In this document: positions 37,945-47,455 of the stretch, piece after piece
Position numbering within the stretch: the first letter of the stretch is position 1
How the letters are laid out: every line of letters starts with the position of its first letter
Source: Candidatus Dormiibacterota bacterium
GTDB lineage: Bacteria; Chloroflexota; Dormibacteria; Aeolococcales; Aeolococcaceae
Direction of reading: 5' to 3'
DNA: 64,000 nt
Assembly (NCBI GenBank): GCA_003153505.1
Contig: PLZA01000065.1
Coordinates: forward strand, 29,031 to 93,030
Translations under genes and position numbers: made by a program
Notes under the pieces: model-generated
Seen by the model: only the letters and a program-made list of their open reading frames with translations
The model's database searches: none
Told to the model about the DNA's origin: nothing

Positions 37945-38029
37945 TACCGGGCCCGGGAATTGAACCCGGACGGGGGTTTCCCCCCAGCGGTTTTTAAGAC
38001 CGCCGCGTCTGCCATTTCGCCAGCCCGGC
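37945..38029 (-). tRNA. tRNA-Leu(UAA), type II with long variable arm
   Basis: Hand-folded cloverleaf:
- 7-bp acceptor stem GCCGGGC / GCCCGGT with a G1-U72 pair (as in E. coli tRNA-Leu(UAA)) and discriminator A.
- 3-bp D stem.
- Anticodon stem GCGGT/ACCGC around loop CTTAAAA.
- Variable arm GGGGG-GAAA-CCCCC.
- T arm CCGGG-TTCAATT-CCCGG.
CCA is not encoded. Confidence 0.85.
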
Positions 38030-38211
38030 ATTGGGGATTCTATGGGTCTGCAAGCCGCGCAGCCGGGTCAGCAACGTCCGGCTTCGGACTCCCGGGCGGC
38101 CGTATACTCCCGGAGCAGATGTTCGGTCGACGCCCCGACGCCACCTACCGGCGGAGCCAGAGTGCCACCGGGCTCCAGGTCCAACCCAGCGCGGTTGCGC
38201 GCGGCCTGGCG

Positions 38212-38667
38212 ATGCGGGTCCTCGATGCCGGTGAAGATCCTCACGAGCGCAAGCGCCTCGGTCAGCTGCTCGTCGATGAGCTCGATGCGCTCGCCGGCCT
38301 CCCCCACTGCGACCTGGTCGTGGCTGACCGAGCCCAGGTCCACTCGCACAACGGACAGCGGCTGCAGAGCAAGACGTACGGGTACTACCGCTGCACCTTT
38401 GTGGAGGGCACGGTGACGGCTGCTCGAATCCGCATCTACCACCGGACCGCGGTGCGTCAGCAGGTGATCACCACCAAGGTGTTCCTGAACACGCTGCTCC
38501 ACGAATGGGAGCACCACCATGACTTCGCCGGCCTCCGTCTCCCCCGTTCCCCGCACACCGCGGGGTTCTACGCGCGTTTGCGCGCGCTCGCGGGCGCGCT
38601 CGAGGTCGCGTTCGTGATGCCGCCTGAGCCCGGGGCCGACGGCGCGGCCGCAACGTCCGCAGCCTGA
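38212..38667 (+). CDS. hypothetical protein with HExxH motif (SprT-like zinc-metallopeptidase-like)
   Basis: LLHEWEHHHDF (HExxH) follows a YYRCTF..IRIY region. High GC3 on this strand; the antisense ORF 38068-38685 is rejected. Confidence 0.5.
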   Translation: MRVLDAGEDPHERKRLGQLLVDELDALAGLPHCDLVVADRAQVHSHNGQRLQSKTYGYYRCTFVEGTVTAARIRIYHRTAVRQQVITTKVFLNTLLHEWEHHHDFAGLRLPRSPHTAGFYARLRALAGALEVAFVMPPEPGADGAAATSAA

Positions 38668-38842
38668 GGCGCGCCTCCAGCCCACCCGATCGTGCCCTCG
38701 CGGCGGTGTCTGGTGATTGCCACGCCGGTCAGACGCGCGATCTCACCCTCGCGAAAGCATTCACATTTGCCCAGACAGCCGAGGCGGTGGCCCGGAACGT
38801 CGACGGGGTTGTTCGAGCTCGCCACCTTCGGCGGCCGCCGGC

Positions 38843-39055
38843 TCAGGACGCCAACCCTTCGCTGACCTGGGAGAAGAGATGGCCGGCCTCGTGGCCGACG
38901 AGCTGCACCACCAGCAGGATCACTCCAATCGTCACCAGCGTGACGCCGTAGCCCGCTAACGATCGCTTCCGCCGATGCCGTCGCAAATCAGTCGACAAGG
39001 TCGACAATTTCACATCCCCCACACGAATCAACCCCTTCCGGCGCCCCCGCGCCAC
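38843..39055 (-). CDS. possible small membrane protein (70 aa)
   Basis: Single TM helix GVTLVTIGVILLVVQLV. GC3 is about 75%. Weak support. Confidence 0.25.
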   Translation of the reverse strand: MARGRRKGLIRVGDVKLSTLSTDLRRHRRKRSLAGYGVTLVTIGVILLVVQLVGHEAGHLFSQVSEGLAS

Positions 39056-39253
39056 TCATCACAGTATTGTCGATCGCACCAAAAGGTGCAAGCAGGAAGA
39101 TCTGGCCAATCGATCATCGAGCAAGCGTGAAGGGCACCTGCCACGAGGTGACCTTGGCGAAGTGACGCGACGGGTCGTCCCGACGCCGCTCCGGTATTCT
39201 TCAAGCGTCGGTGCCGCTTGCATCGACGCCACGATGCGATTCGTGCGTACATC

Positions 39254-39324
<71 letters not shown>

Positions 39325-39346
39325 CACCCCGCGTATCCTCGTCGGC

Positions 39347-40579
39347 GTGACCGTTACCGAGGCCGTGCACACTCGCGCCCACATCGATCTGGCGGAACGG
39401 GCGCGACAGGTGCTCCCGGGCGGTGCCACCCACGCATCGCGCTCCTACGATCCGCGCATCTACGTCGCCCGGTCGAGTGGCTCGAGGAAATGGCTCATCG
39501 ATGGCACCGAGCTCATCGACTACACGATGGGCCACGGAGCGCTGCTCCTCGGACACGCACACCCGGCGATCGTCACGGCCGTGCAGGAGCAGGTCGCGCG
39601 AGGGACGCACTACGGCGCCGCGCATCCGCTCGAGGTCGAGTGGGCAGAGCTGATCACGGCGCTGGTCCCCTCGGCTGACAAGGTCCGGTTCACGGCCTCC
39701 GGCACCGAAGCGGTGATGCTCGCTCTGCGGGTGGCTCGTGCGGCCACCGGTCGGGACCGCATCCTCAAGCTCCAGGAGCACTTCCACGGATGGTCCGATG
39801 CGGTGAGCCCGTTCCTCGACCGCGACGGCCGGACGCGCACTCCCGCCGGCGTGCCGGCGGCGCTGGGCCTGCTCACCACTGTGGTCCGCACCGACGATCC
39901 CGCCGACCTCGAGGCGGCCCTCGCCGGCGGTGATGTCGCAGCGGTGATCATGGAGGCATCGGGCGCCCACTACGGCCAGCTCCCGCTCGATCCCTCGTTC
40001 ATAGCCGCAGCCCGGGCCGCCTCTACCGCGACGGGCACGGTGCTCATCTTTGATGAGGTGGTGACCGGGTTCCGCGTCGCACCGGGGGGCATGCAGTCCG
40101 TGCTCGGCATCACCCCGGACATCAGCGTCCTGGGGAAAGTGATGGCCGGTGGCCTTCCCTCGGGCGCAGTCGCCGGCCGGGGCGCTCTCCTCGAGTTGCT
40201 CGCTACGACGATCGCTCACCCGGGCACCTTCAACGCCAACCCGCTCAGCGCAGTCGCCGGGATCGCGACGCTCCGGCTCGTCGCCGACGGTGCCCCCCAG
40301 CGGACTGCGGACGCCTACGCGACCAGCCTCGCGGCCGAGTGGACCGGGGCCCTCGCCGCGGCCGGCATCCCAGGGACCATCCGGCGACTGTCGAGCATCC
40401 TCCACATCTTTCTCGGCGAGCCGTCGGCACAGGCGCGCATCGCCAATGCGATGCGCGCAGAAGGCGTGGACATCCTCAACACGAGCGCCTTCTGCTCATC
40501 GGTGCATACGATCGCCGACCTCGAACAGTCGGTCGCGGCGTTCGCACGGGCGATCGTCGTCGCGTCGAGCCCCACGTAG
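39347..40579 (+). CDS. class-III aminotransferase (glutamate-1-semialdehyde aminomutase family paralogue)
   Basis: GTG start. The region YDPRIYVARSSGSRKWLIDGTELIDYTMGHGALLLGHAHPAIV and a PLP fold are present. Confidence 0.85.
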   Translation: MTVTEAVHTRAHIDLAERARQVLPGGATHASRSYDPRIYVARSSGSRKWLIDGTELIDYTMGHGALLLGHAHPAIVTAVQEQVARGTHYGAAHPLEVEWAELITALVPSADKVRFTASGTEAVMLALRVARAATGRDRILKLQEHFHGWSDAVSPFLDRDGRTRTPAGVPAALGLLTTVVRTDDPADLEAALAGGDVAAVIMEASGAHYGQLPLDPSFIAAARAASTATGTVLIFDEVVTGFRVAPGGMQSVLGITPDISVLGKVMAGGLPSGAVAGRGALLELLATTIAHPGTFNANPLSAVAGIATLRLVADGAPQRTADAYATSLAAEWTGALAAAGIPGTIRRLSSILHIFLGEPSAQARIANAMRAEGVDILNTSAFCSSVHTIADLEQSVAAFARAIVVASSPT

Positions 40580-40601
40580 GCCGTCCGCCGGCGGGGACCC
40601 G

Positions 40602-41243
40602 CTAGATGATCCCGTGTCGCTGCGCCCAGAGCGCCGCCTGGACGCGGTCCTCGACGCCGAGACGATCGAAGACGGATCCGAGGTGCGCCTTGACGGTCTT
40701 CTCGCTGATTCCGAGGCGCCAGGCGATCTGCTTGTTGCTCATCCCCCGCCCGACCAGCGTCAGCACGTCGAGCTCGCGCTGGGTGAGGTCATCGAGCGGC
40801 CGCCGCTTGACGCGATCGCGAAGCAACTCCTTGGCGGCCTTGGGTGAGAGCGGCGTATCCCCCTTAGCCGCTGACCTGATCCCGTTGAGGAGCTCCTGGG
40901 GCTCGGTGTCCTTGAGCAGGAAGCCGACCGCGCCGTTGTCGATCGCCTCCACCACCATGTCGTGCTCCGAATACGAGGTCAGCATCACGACCTTGGTCCC
41001 GGCCACCGCCTTGAGCATCCTGCGGAGCGCCTCGAACCCGTTCATCCCGGGCATCGAGATGTCCATCAGCACGATGTCGGGGTGCTCCTCGACGGCGTAG
41101 GCGACCGCCTCCTCACCATCGGAAGCGGCTCCGACCACCGTGATGTCGGTGGTGCCGTTCAGAAGGGAGGTCAGCCCTCGTCTCACCAACGGATGATCAT
41201 CGACGATGAGCACACGGATGGGAGTGGGGTGCGTAACGTCCAC
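40602..41243 (-). CDS. NarL/FixJ-family response regulator (REC + LuxR HTH)
   Basis: Receiver domain (IRVLIVDDHPLVRRGL, phospho-Asp D55 region) and a LuxR HTH (LTQRELDVLTLVGRGMSNKQIAWRLGISEKTVKAH) are present. Confidence 0.85.
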   Translation of the reverse strand: MDVTHPTPIRVLIVDDHPLVRRGLTSLLNGTTDITVVGAASDGEEAVAYAVEEHPDIVLMDISMPGMNGFEALRRMLKAVAGTKVVMLTSYSEHDMVVEAIDNGAVGFLLKDTEPQELLNGIRSAAKGDTPLSPKAAKELLRDRVKRRPLDDLTQRELDVLTLVGRGMSNKQIAWRLGISEKTVKAHLGSVFDRLGVEDRVQAALWAQRHGII

Positions 41244-41480
41244 AGTCGTTGCCAGCCTAACCGATATCTCTCGCTCGGGAGAAAGAAGTCGGCGGTGGCA
41301 CCGACCCAGCAGAACCGCGATACACCCGGTGCCGCGGGGAGGGGGAGCCCGCGAGGGTAAACCACTGAACTGGGTCGGCGCCCGCCCGCCTATCAGGGGG
41401 ACTTGCGTTTCGAAAGAGATGAATTCCCGTCGCGACGATAGTCAGCCCGGGGGCATCCTGGCGCTGCTAGGACGATCGTC

Positions 41481-42848
41481 TTAAGACCCCGTGGTCCTTC
41501 GCTGCAGGGCCTCTCGATTCGACTCGAGCCGCTCGGCGACCTCGCGCTCGGCTCCGTGGGTGGAGGGGTCGTAATAGCGCCTCCCCGCCAGCGACTCCGG
41601 GAGGTGCTGTTGCTCCACCACTCCCCCCTCGTGGTCGTGGGCGTACCGGTAGCCGCTCCCGTAGCCGAGGGCGCGACCGAGGCCGGTGACGGCGTTGCGG
41701 AGGTGCAGCGGCACCGGCTGATGGAGGGTCTCGGCGACGTCGCCCGAGGCTGCGACGTAGGCGCGGAGCACGCTGTTGCTCTTGGGCGCGGCCGCAAGAT
41801 ACAGCGCCGCCTCGGTGAGCGGCAGGAATCCCTCGGGCATGCCGATGAAGTGCGCAGCCTGCTGCGCCGCCACGGCGACGCTGAGCGCGTGCGGATCGGC
41901 GAGCCCGACGTCCTCCGCCGCCAGGATCACCATGCGACGCGCGACAAAGAGCGGATCCTCGCCGGCTTCGAGCATCCGGGCCAGCCAATACACGGCGGCG
42001 TCGGGGTCGCTGCCCCGGATGGATTTGATGAACGCCGAGATCAACCAGTAGTGCTGGTCGCCGGCTCGGTCGTACAGAAGCGCCGGGTTCTGGAGTGCGC
42101 CCTCCACGTCGCCGGCGGTCACGTGCGCCTGGCCGGCAGCATCTGGAACTGCGGCTTGGACAGCGAGCTCGAGGGAGTTCAGCGCGATGCGTGCATCCCC
42201 GCCGCACAGCGTTACCAGGCGGTCAATCGCGTCGGCGTCGACCGACACGTGGTGCGCGCCGAGCCCGCGCTCGGCGTCCGAGATGGCGCGCTCGATGAGG
42301 CTGCGGAGGTCGTCGGGTTCCAATGCCTCGAGGCGGATGACGCGGCTGCGCGACAGCAGGGCAGCATTGACCTCGAACGACGGGTTCTCGGTGGTGGCGC
42401 CGAGGAGCGTCACGGTCGCGTTCTCGACGTGGGGCAGCACCGCGTCCTGCTGGCCTTTGTTGAACCGGTGGATCTCGTCGATGAACAACACCGTCCGCCG
42501 TCCCGTGCGCAGGCGTTCCTGCGCCCGCTCGACCACCTTACGCAGGTCGGCAACCCCGGCGCTGGTCGCGCTGACCGCCTCGAAGGTGGCGTTCGTCGCC
42601 CCTGCGATGAGAACGGCGAGCGTCGTCTTGCCGCTCCCGGGAGGCCCCCAGAGAATGAGCGACGGAACCTCGCCGGCTTCGACCGCCCGGCGGAGCACCG
42701 TGCCCGCACCGATCGCCCGGTGCTGGCCGACGAACTCGTCGAAGGTGCGTGGGCGCATCCGCGTTGCCAGGGGCGCGTGGGCCGCCGCGCCGGAAGCCTG
42801 CGTTGGGCTGACGGGGTCTGCGCCGAAGAGCGAAGGCTGTCCGGCCAC
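41481..42848 (-). CDS. rarA: replication-associated recombination protein A (AAA+ ATPase)
   Basis: Walker A GPPGSGKTT and Walker B VLFIDEIHRFNK motifs plus a MgsA C-terminal domain; 455 aa. Confidence 0.85.
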   Translation of the reverse strand: MAGQPSLFGADPVSPTQASGAAAHAPLATRMRPRTFDEFVGQHRAIGAGTVLRRAVEAGEVPSLILWGPPGSGKTTLAVLIAGATNATFEAVSATSAGVADLRKVVERAQERLRTGRRTVLFIDEIHRFNKGQQDAVLPHVENATVTLLGATTENPSFEVNAALLSRSRVIRLEALEPDDLRSLIERAISDAERGLGAHHVSVDADAIDRLVTLCGGDARIALNSLELAVQAAVPDAAGQAHVTAGDVEGALQNPALLYDRAGDQHYWLISAFIKSIRGSDPDAAVYWLARMLEAGEDPLFVARRMVILAAEDVGLADPHALSVAVAAQQAAHFIGMPEGFLPLTEAALYLAAAPKSNSVLRAYVAASGDVAETLHQPVPLHLRNAVTGLGRALGYGSGYRYAHDHEGGVVEQQHLPESLAGRRYYDPSTHGAEREVAERLESNREALQRRTTGS

Positions 42849-42862
42849 AGACGGAGTCCCGC

Positions 42863-43828
42863 TCAGCTGCTGGAGGGCGGGACGGTGACGACCGTCGGCG
42901 GCTCGAGCCCCGGCGCGTCGCCGAGGACGCTGCGCAGGACCTGCGCCGCGCCGAGCAGCCCGGACGTCTCGGCGGGAACGACCAGCTTGGCATTGGGGCT
43001 CTCGGCGAATTTCGTGAGGGTGTCCAGCTGGAGGATCGCGACCAGGGTCGGATCCGGCGCGGCCGCCTTGATCGACCCGTACACGGTCGAGATCGCCTGG
43101 GCACGTCCTTCGGCCTCGAGGATCGCCGCCTGCCGGTTGCCCTCAGCGCGGAGGATCGCCGCCTGCCGCTCACCCTCGGCCTGCTTGATGGCAGCCTGCC
43201 GGTTGCCGTCCGCGATATTCACCGCCGACTGCTGCTGCCCTTCCGATTGCAGGATGCGCGCACGCTTCTCCTGGTCGGCCTGCTTCTGCAGCGCCATGGC
43301 CTGGAGGATCTGCACCGGAGGCGAGATGTCGACGATCTCGATGCGGTTGATCCGGATGCCCCACTTGTCGGTGACCTGCTCCATCTGCTGCTGCATGGCG
43401 GCATTGATCTGCTCGCGCGAGGACAGCGCCTCGTCGAGGCTGACGTTGCCGAACGCATTACGCAGGGTGGTCCGAGCCTGCTGGTCGATGGCGACGAGGT
43501 AGTCGGAGACGTTGAACAGGGCCGCGCGCGGCTCGATGACCTGGCTGAAGATGGTGGCGTTGACGGCAACTGCCACGTTGTCGCGGGTGATCACGTCCTG
43601 CCGGTCGCCCGTGCGTGGGGTCTCGCGCATGTCCACCCGGAGCAGCTTGTCGATGAACGGCGTGATGATCGTGAGTCCGGCCTGCGATTCCCGCCGAAAG
43701 CGTCCAAAACGCGTGACCACGCCGGCGAATCCCTGGGGGACGACGCGCACCGCGCCGCCGATGAGGATCGCGACCACGATGAGCAGGACGACGACGATGA
43801 TCGCGGTGACCAGACCACTGTTGTCCAC
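42863..43828 (-). CDS. SPFH/band-7 (stomatin-like) protein
   Basis: N-terminal TM, an SPFH core and a C-terminal tandem repeat (QAAILRAEGNRQAAILEAEG). Confidence 0.85.
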   Translation of the reverse strand: MDNSGLVTAIIVVVLLIVVAILIGGAVRVVPQGFAGVVTRFGRFRRESQAGLTIITPFIDKLLRVDMRETPRTGDRQDVITRDNVAVAVNATIFSQVIEPRAALFNVSDYLVAIDQQARTTLRNAFGNVSLDEALSSREQINAAMQQQMEQVTDKWGIRINRIEIVDISPPVQILQAMALQKQADQEKRARILQSEGQQQSAVNIADGNRQAAIKQAEGERQAAILRAEGNRQAAILEAEGRAQAISTVYGSIKAAAPDPTLVAILQLDTLTKFAESPNAKLVVPAETSGLLGAAQVLRSVLGDAPGLEPPTVVTVPPSSS

Positions 43829-43832
43829 TGAG

Positions 43833-44291
43833 TCAGCCTCCCTTGGGGGGCGCGATCACAAGGGTGGTGCCGCGCACTTCGACGACGGTAACCTGCTGGT
43901 GTGCCGGCACGCCGCCGGGAATGCTGGTCACCGCGAGCCAGCGTTCGTTGAACAGCCGCGCGTGGCCTGGGTGGTTCTCGTCGCCGACCGGTTCGAGCGT
44001 CAATGCCGGCTGCCCGACGAGGTTGTCCGACGCACCCGGCATTGCGAGCTTCGGTCCGAGGTGCCGAGCCGAGAGGCGGGCCAGCGTCGGCCGCACCGCC
44101 ATGGTTCCGACGATGGCGACGGCGGCCCCGACGATCGCCTGGAGCCAGACGGGGGTGGGAAACACCGCCACGATCGTGGCCGCGAACGAACCCAGGGCGA
44201 GGAAGAGGGCGTAGAACGCCTGGGTGTGGACTTCCATCCCCACGAGGACCAGGCCGGCCAGCAGCCAGACGACCCACATCCAGGACAGCAT
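43833..44291 (-). CDS. NfeD-family membrane protein (stomatin operon partner)
   Basis: Two TM helices and a C-terminal OB-like domain. The start is the internal ATG; the gene sits immediately downstream of the SPFH gene. Confidence 0.7.
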   Translation of the reverse strand: MLSWMWVVWLLAGLVLVGMEVHTQAFYALFLALGSFAATIVAVFPTPVWLQAIVGAAVAIVGTMAVRPTLARLSARHLGPKLAMPGASDNLVGQPALTLEPVGDENHPGHARLFNERWLAVTSIPGGVPAHQQVTVVEVRGTTLVIAPPKGG

Positions 44292-44320
44292 GGAGCGAGT
44301 GTACCCGCCTGAAGAAACGG

Positions 44321-44896
44321 CTACACAAACGGTTCGCTGATCATCCGTCCCCCTGCGGCTCGGAGCAGGGCGAGCGCGACCAGCCCGCCGAGCGTCGCCC
44401 ACGCTACGAGGCTGATCGCAACCTGGCTGAGATCAGTTCCTGCCAGCTGTGCGTGGATCAGAAAGATCACGAACATCGGATAGCTCATGCGGTGGATCCA
44501 ACGCCAGATCGAGACGCGCATCCAGCGGCGCAGGGCCGAGGTGGCGGCGATCAGGACGAGGAGGAGGAAGCCGATGGTGCCGAGTCCGACGGCGAGTTGT
44601 GACCCGGTGCCCTCGTTGACGCGAAACGGGACGAGCAGGTCGAGCGGTGTGATCCTTGACGTCGCGTCGAGCAGCAATGTCGTCACATGGACGGCGATGA
44701 GCGGAACCCAGAACCAGGTGAAGAACCCATGCACCGCAACGACCGCTCGATTTCGCGCAACCGGCGCGAGCAGCGCTGTTCGGATTGCCATGCCGGTGAG
44801 CAGCGACGCGGCGAGCACGAAGAATGCGGCCAGTGCCGCCGCGCGGGCCGCGTACCAGAGCACCAGATCGGCAGTCATGTCACGCAGCCAGCGCAC
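44321..44896 (-). CDS. ferric-reductase-like transmembrane domain protein (di-heme b type)
   Basis: Five or six TM helices with conserved His pairs (VAVHGFF, IAVH, WIHRMSY, LIHAQL). Confidence 0.6.
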   Translation of the reverse strand: MRWLRDMTADLVLWYAARAAALAAFFVLAASLLTGMAIRTALLAPVARNRAVVAVHGFFTWFWVPLIAVHVTTLLLDATSRITPLDLLVPFRVNEGTGSQLAVGLGTIGFLLLVLIAATSALRRWMRVSIWRWIHRMSYPMFVIFLIHAQLAGTDLSQVAISLVAWATLGGLVALALLRAAGGRMISEPFV

Positions 44897-45740
44897 CGGT
44901 CGACGTGACCAGCGCGTAGCGGGCAGCGCCGCGGGCGGCGAGCCAGCCCGCCGCCGCCGGTGCGCCCACCATGCATGCGCCCTTGGCCAGCACCTCGGCG
45001 CGCAGCGCGGTCTCGGCGATCACGGAGATCGCAGCGATGCCTGTCCGCGCCGGCCGGCCCGTCCGTGGGTCGATGAGGTGGTGGCCACCGGGCCACCGCC
45101 GTCCCGAGGTGCCGGAGGTTGCGAGGCCGGCGTCTCTGACGACGACGGGACTGCCGTCGCAGAGCGACACCGTCCATCCCTCACCGGCAGGCCCGGCGCC
45201 GCGGGTGCGAACGTCACCGCCGAGGTTGACCACCGCGTTGCCGAAGCGCTCGCACAGCCTGTCGGCGAGCCATCCCTTGCCAACGCCGCCGAGATCGATC
45301 GCGCATCGTGGAGCCAGGCGCGCCCACCCATCGCCCACCTCGAGCACGCCGGGGAGCGGCGGCACCTCGCGCCATTCAGAAGTCCGCACGGTGACCGCTG
45401 GCCGGCGCCGGACCTCCGTGATGGACCGATCGTATCCAGCGTCGATGAGCGCGGGCAGGCACGCGGCGTTCACCAGGCCATCGCTGAGCTCGTACGCGTC
45501 GATGCAGACGCGCAGCAGCTCGCCGAGAAGCGCCGACACATGGACCCTGGGACCTGCATCGGCATTGAATCGCGAAAGCTCGCTGCTCGGATCGAAACGT
45601 GTCAGCCGCTGTTCCAAGGCGTAGGTGTCGGCCACGACGGCCGAAACATCGGCTTCGCTCGCACCGCACGCGATCACCGCACATCGCGCCCCGCCGAACG
45701 CGGTGAAGACGTGCCTGATGTCGTCGTCCGCGGTGTTCAC
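44880..45740 (-). CDS. FAD:protein FMN transferase (ApbE family)
   Basis: An ApbE-family start (FTAFGGARCAVIAC..SELSRFN) and a Mg/FAD site (DLGGVGKGWLAD) are present. The GTG start overlaps the upstream stop (GTGA). Confidence 0.75.
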   Translation of the reverse strand: MNTADDDIRHVFTAFGGARCAVIACGASEADVSAVVADTYALEQRLTRFDPSSELSRFNADAGPRVHVSALLGELLRVCIDAYELSDGLVNAACLPALIDAGYDRSITEVRRRPAVTVRTSEWREVPPLPGVLEVGDGWARLAPRCAIDLGGVGKGWLADRLCERFGNAVVNLGGDVRTRGAGPAGEGWTVSLCDGSPVVVRDAGLATSGTSGRRWPGGHHLIDPRTGRPARTGIAAISVIAETALRAEVLAKGACMVGAPAAAGWLAARGAARYALVTSTGALAA

Positions 45741-46207
45741 GAGACGTAGGTATTGATGAGCGGATGGGTCGCCGGAGGTGCGTCGACAACCGAGGGGACG
45801 ATCGATCCCCCTGCGGAGGCGCTGGAGCTGCCGCAGCGTCCAGTTGTGCCTGACGCGCCCCGTCGCAAAGCCGCGAGGGCGGCCTCGACCTCGAGACGTT
45901 GTGCGGGGGTCAGGGTGGCGAGGATGGCTCGGCGCGCCGACGCGCTGGTCGCCTGACGCACCTGCTGCAGCACCGGATCCAGCGACGGATCGAGCATCGC
46001 GCCCGTACCGCTCGTCGCAGCGCCCGATCCGCCACACGAGGACGGGATGACCAGCGCCGCCGCGTTCGACGACGCCCCGTGCACCGGCGGGCGCAATGGA
46101 GCGGCCTCGGGTCTCGGATCGGTGGCGACGAGCACGCCGCTCACACCGCACACCGCGACGGCTCCAATGCCGCTGATCGCCTTGAGCGCACGTGTGCTGA
46201 GCGCCAT
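45737..46207 (-). CDS. secreted hypothetical protein
   Basis: Signal peptide MALSTRALKAISGIGAVAVCGVSG, then a Ser/Gly-rich segment containing SGAATSG, then LTPAQRLEVEAALAALRRG. The longer ORF upstream is antisense filler. Confidence 0.45.
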   Translation of the reverse strand: MALSTRALKAISGIGAVAVCGVSGVLVATDPRPEAAPLRPPVHGASSNAAALVIPSSCGGSGAATSGTGAMLDPSLDPVLQQVRQATSASARRAILATLTPAQRLEVEAALAALRRGASGTTGRCGSSSASAGGSIVPSVVDAPPATHPLINTYVS

Positions 46208-46209
46208 GA

Positions 46210-47445
46210 CTAGAGCGTCTGGATGATCGGCAACTCGGGAAACGATGCGCCCAGCACCGACGCCGGGTCTGCGTTGAGCCAGTCGCGAATCAGGGTCTGA
46301 TAAACGCTGCGAAAATCGACGTTGTACTGAAGGTTCCCGGCGTCGACGGTCCTGGTCAGCGACGGTTGCTCGCCGAAGACTCCTCCCTTGACTGGCTTTC
46401 CGACGACGAAGATCGGTGCCGCTGCGCCGTGGTCGGTGCCCTTCCCGCCATTCTCGGCGACACGCCTGCCGAATTCCGACCACGTCATGAGCACGACCCG
46501 ATCGGCCATGCCGTGGTTGGCGATGTCCTGCATGAACGCGCTGACCGCGCTGTCGACATAAGCGAGCAGCGCGTTCTGGCGCGTGTCCTCGTCCTGGTGG
46601 GTGTCGAAGCCGCCGAGGACGACGTGACAGATCTTGACGCTCGGCTGCGTGATGATCATCTCGGCAGTGAGCTGCAGCGACGTCGCGAGACTGTTCTTGC
46701 TGCCGTACACCGTGCTCTGCGCCGTGTAGCTCACCGACGGTGTGTAGCGATGCTGCGAATCGCCGAGTGCCGCGATCCCGTATTCCGCAGTCGAGAGCGC
46801 CTGGTCGAACAGCGCTCCGTAGATCCCGGGCGTCTGCTTGTAGAGCGCGGGAGCGGCGACTTGGCGCCCCGCTCCGCCCTGCACCTGATACGTGGGAATC
46901 GAGTCGATCACGCTCACCGTGGCGTTCTGCGCGACCAACTCCGCGGGGGTGCTGGCCTGGCCGAGCGCGCATCCGGTGAGCGGATGTCCCTGACCATCGA
47001 GCTGGCTGGCCAGCAGCTTGCCGAGCCATCCCTCGGTCTGCTGCATGCTCGGATCCGCGTGCTCCCAGATGTACAGCCCCTCGAAGTGGGAGTACACCGG
47101 CTTCGGATACCCGACCCCCTGCACCACCGCAACTTCGCCCGCGTCGAAGAGCTTCTTCAGACCGGGCATCACCGGGTTGAGGCCGACGCTGGCGTTCAGG
47201 GGCAACACCTTGTCGGCGGTGATCCCGATCGTCGGCCGCGCCTGCAGGTACGCCGGATCCGCGAACGGAATGACCGTGTTCAGACCGTCATTCCCGCCAC
47301 CGAGCTGGAGGATGACGAGGACCTTGTCGTTGTGCACGTCCTCGACCGTTGCGGCGAAAACCGACTTGGCGAAGACCGGCGGCACGATGATGCCGACCCC
47401 GGTTGCGGTGATGCCGCTCACCATGAAATCGCGCCGTGTGATCAT
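46210..47445 (-). CDS. DUF1501 family protein (sulfatase-like fold) with Tat signal
   Basis: Twin-arginine signal MITRRDFMVSGITATGVG is present. Start is set at the internal ATG just after the DUF1800 gene. Confidence 0.8.
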   Translation of the reverse strand: MITRRDFMVSGITATGVGIIVPPVFAKSVFAATVEDVHNDKVLVILQLGGGNDGLNTVIPFADPAYLQARPTIGITADKVLPLNASVGLNPVMPGLKKLFDAGEVAVVQGVGYPKPVYSHFEGLYIWEHADPSMQQTEGWLGKLLASQLDGQGHPLTGCALGQASTPAELVAQNATVSVIDSIPTYQVQGGAGRQVAAPALYKQTPGIYGALFDQALSTAEYGIAALGDSQHRYTPSVSYTAQSTVYGSKNSLATSLQLTAEMIITQPSVKICHVVLGGFDTHQDEDTRQNALLAYVDSAVSAFMQDIANHGMADRVVLMTWSEFGRRVAENGGKGTDHGAAAPIFVVGKPVKGGVFGEQPSLTRTVDAGNLQYNVDFRSVYQTLIRDWLNADPASVLGASFPELPIIQTL

Positions 47446-47455
47446 GTCGACTGCC

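Noticed and set aside
38068-38685. 205-aa minus-strand ORF overlapping the HExxH protein gene.
   Set aside because: The plus-strand frame has markedly higher third-position GC and a coherent motif-bearing translation. The minus-strand product is low-complexity.
45737-47029. 430-aa ORF spanning the DUF1501 gene in another frame.
   Set aside because: Only the last 157 aa (from MALSTRALK... with a signal peptide) look genuine. The upstream 270 aa are Arg-rich filler out of frame with a well-supported DUF1501 gene.
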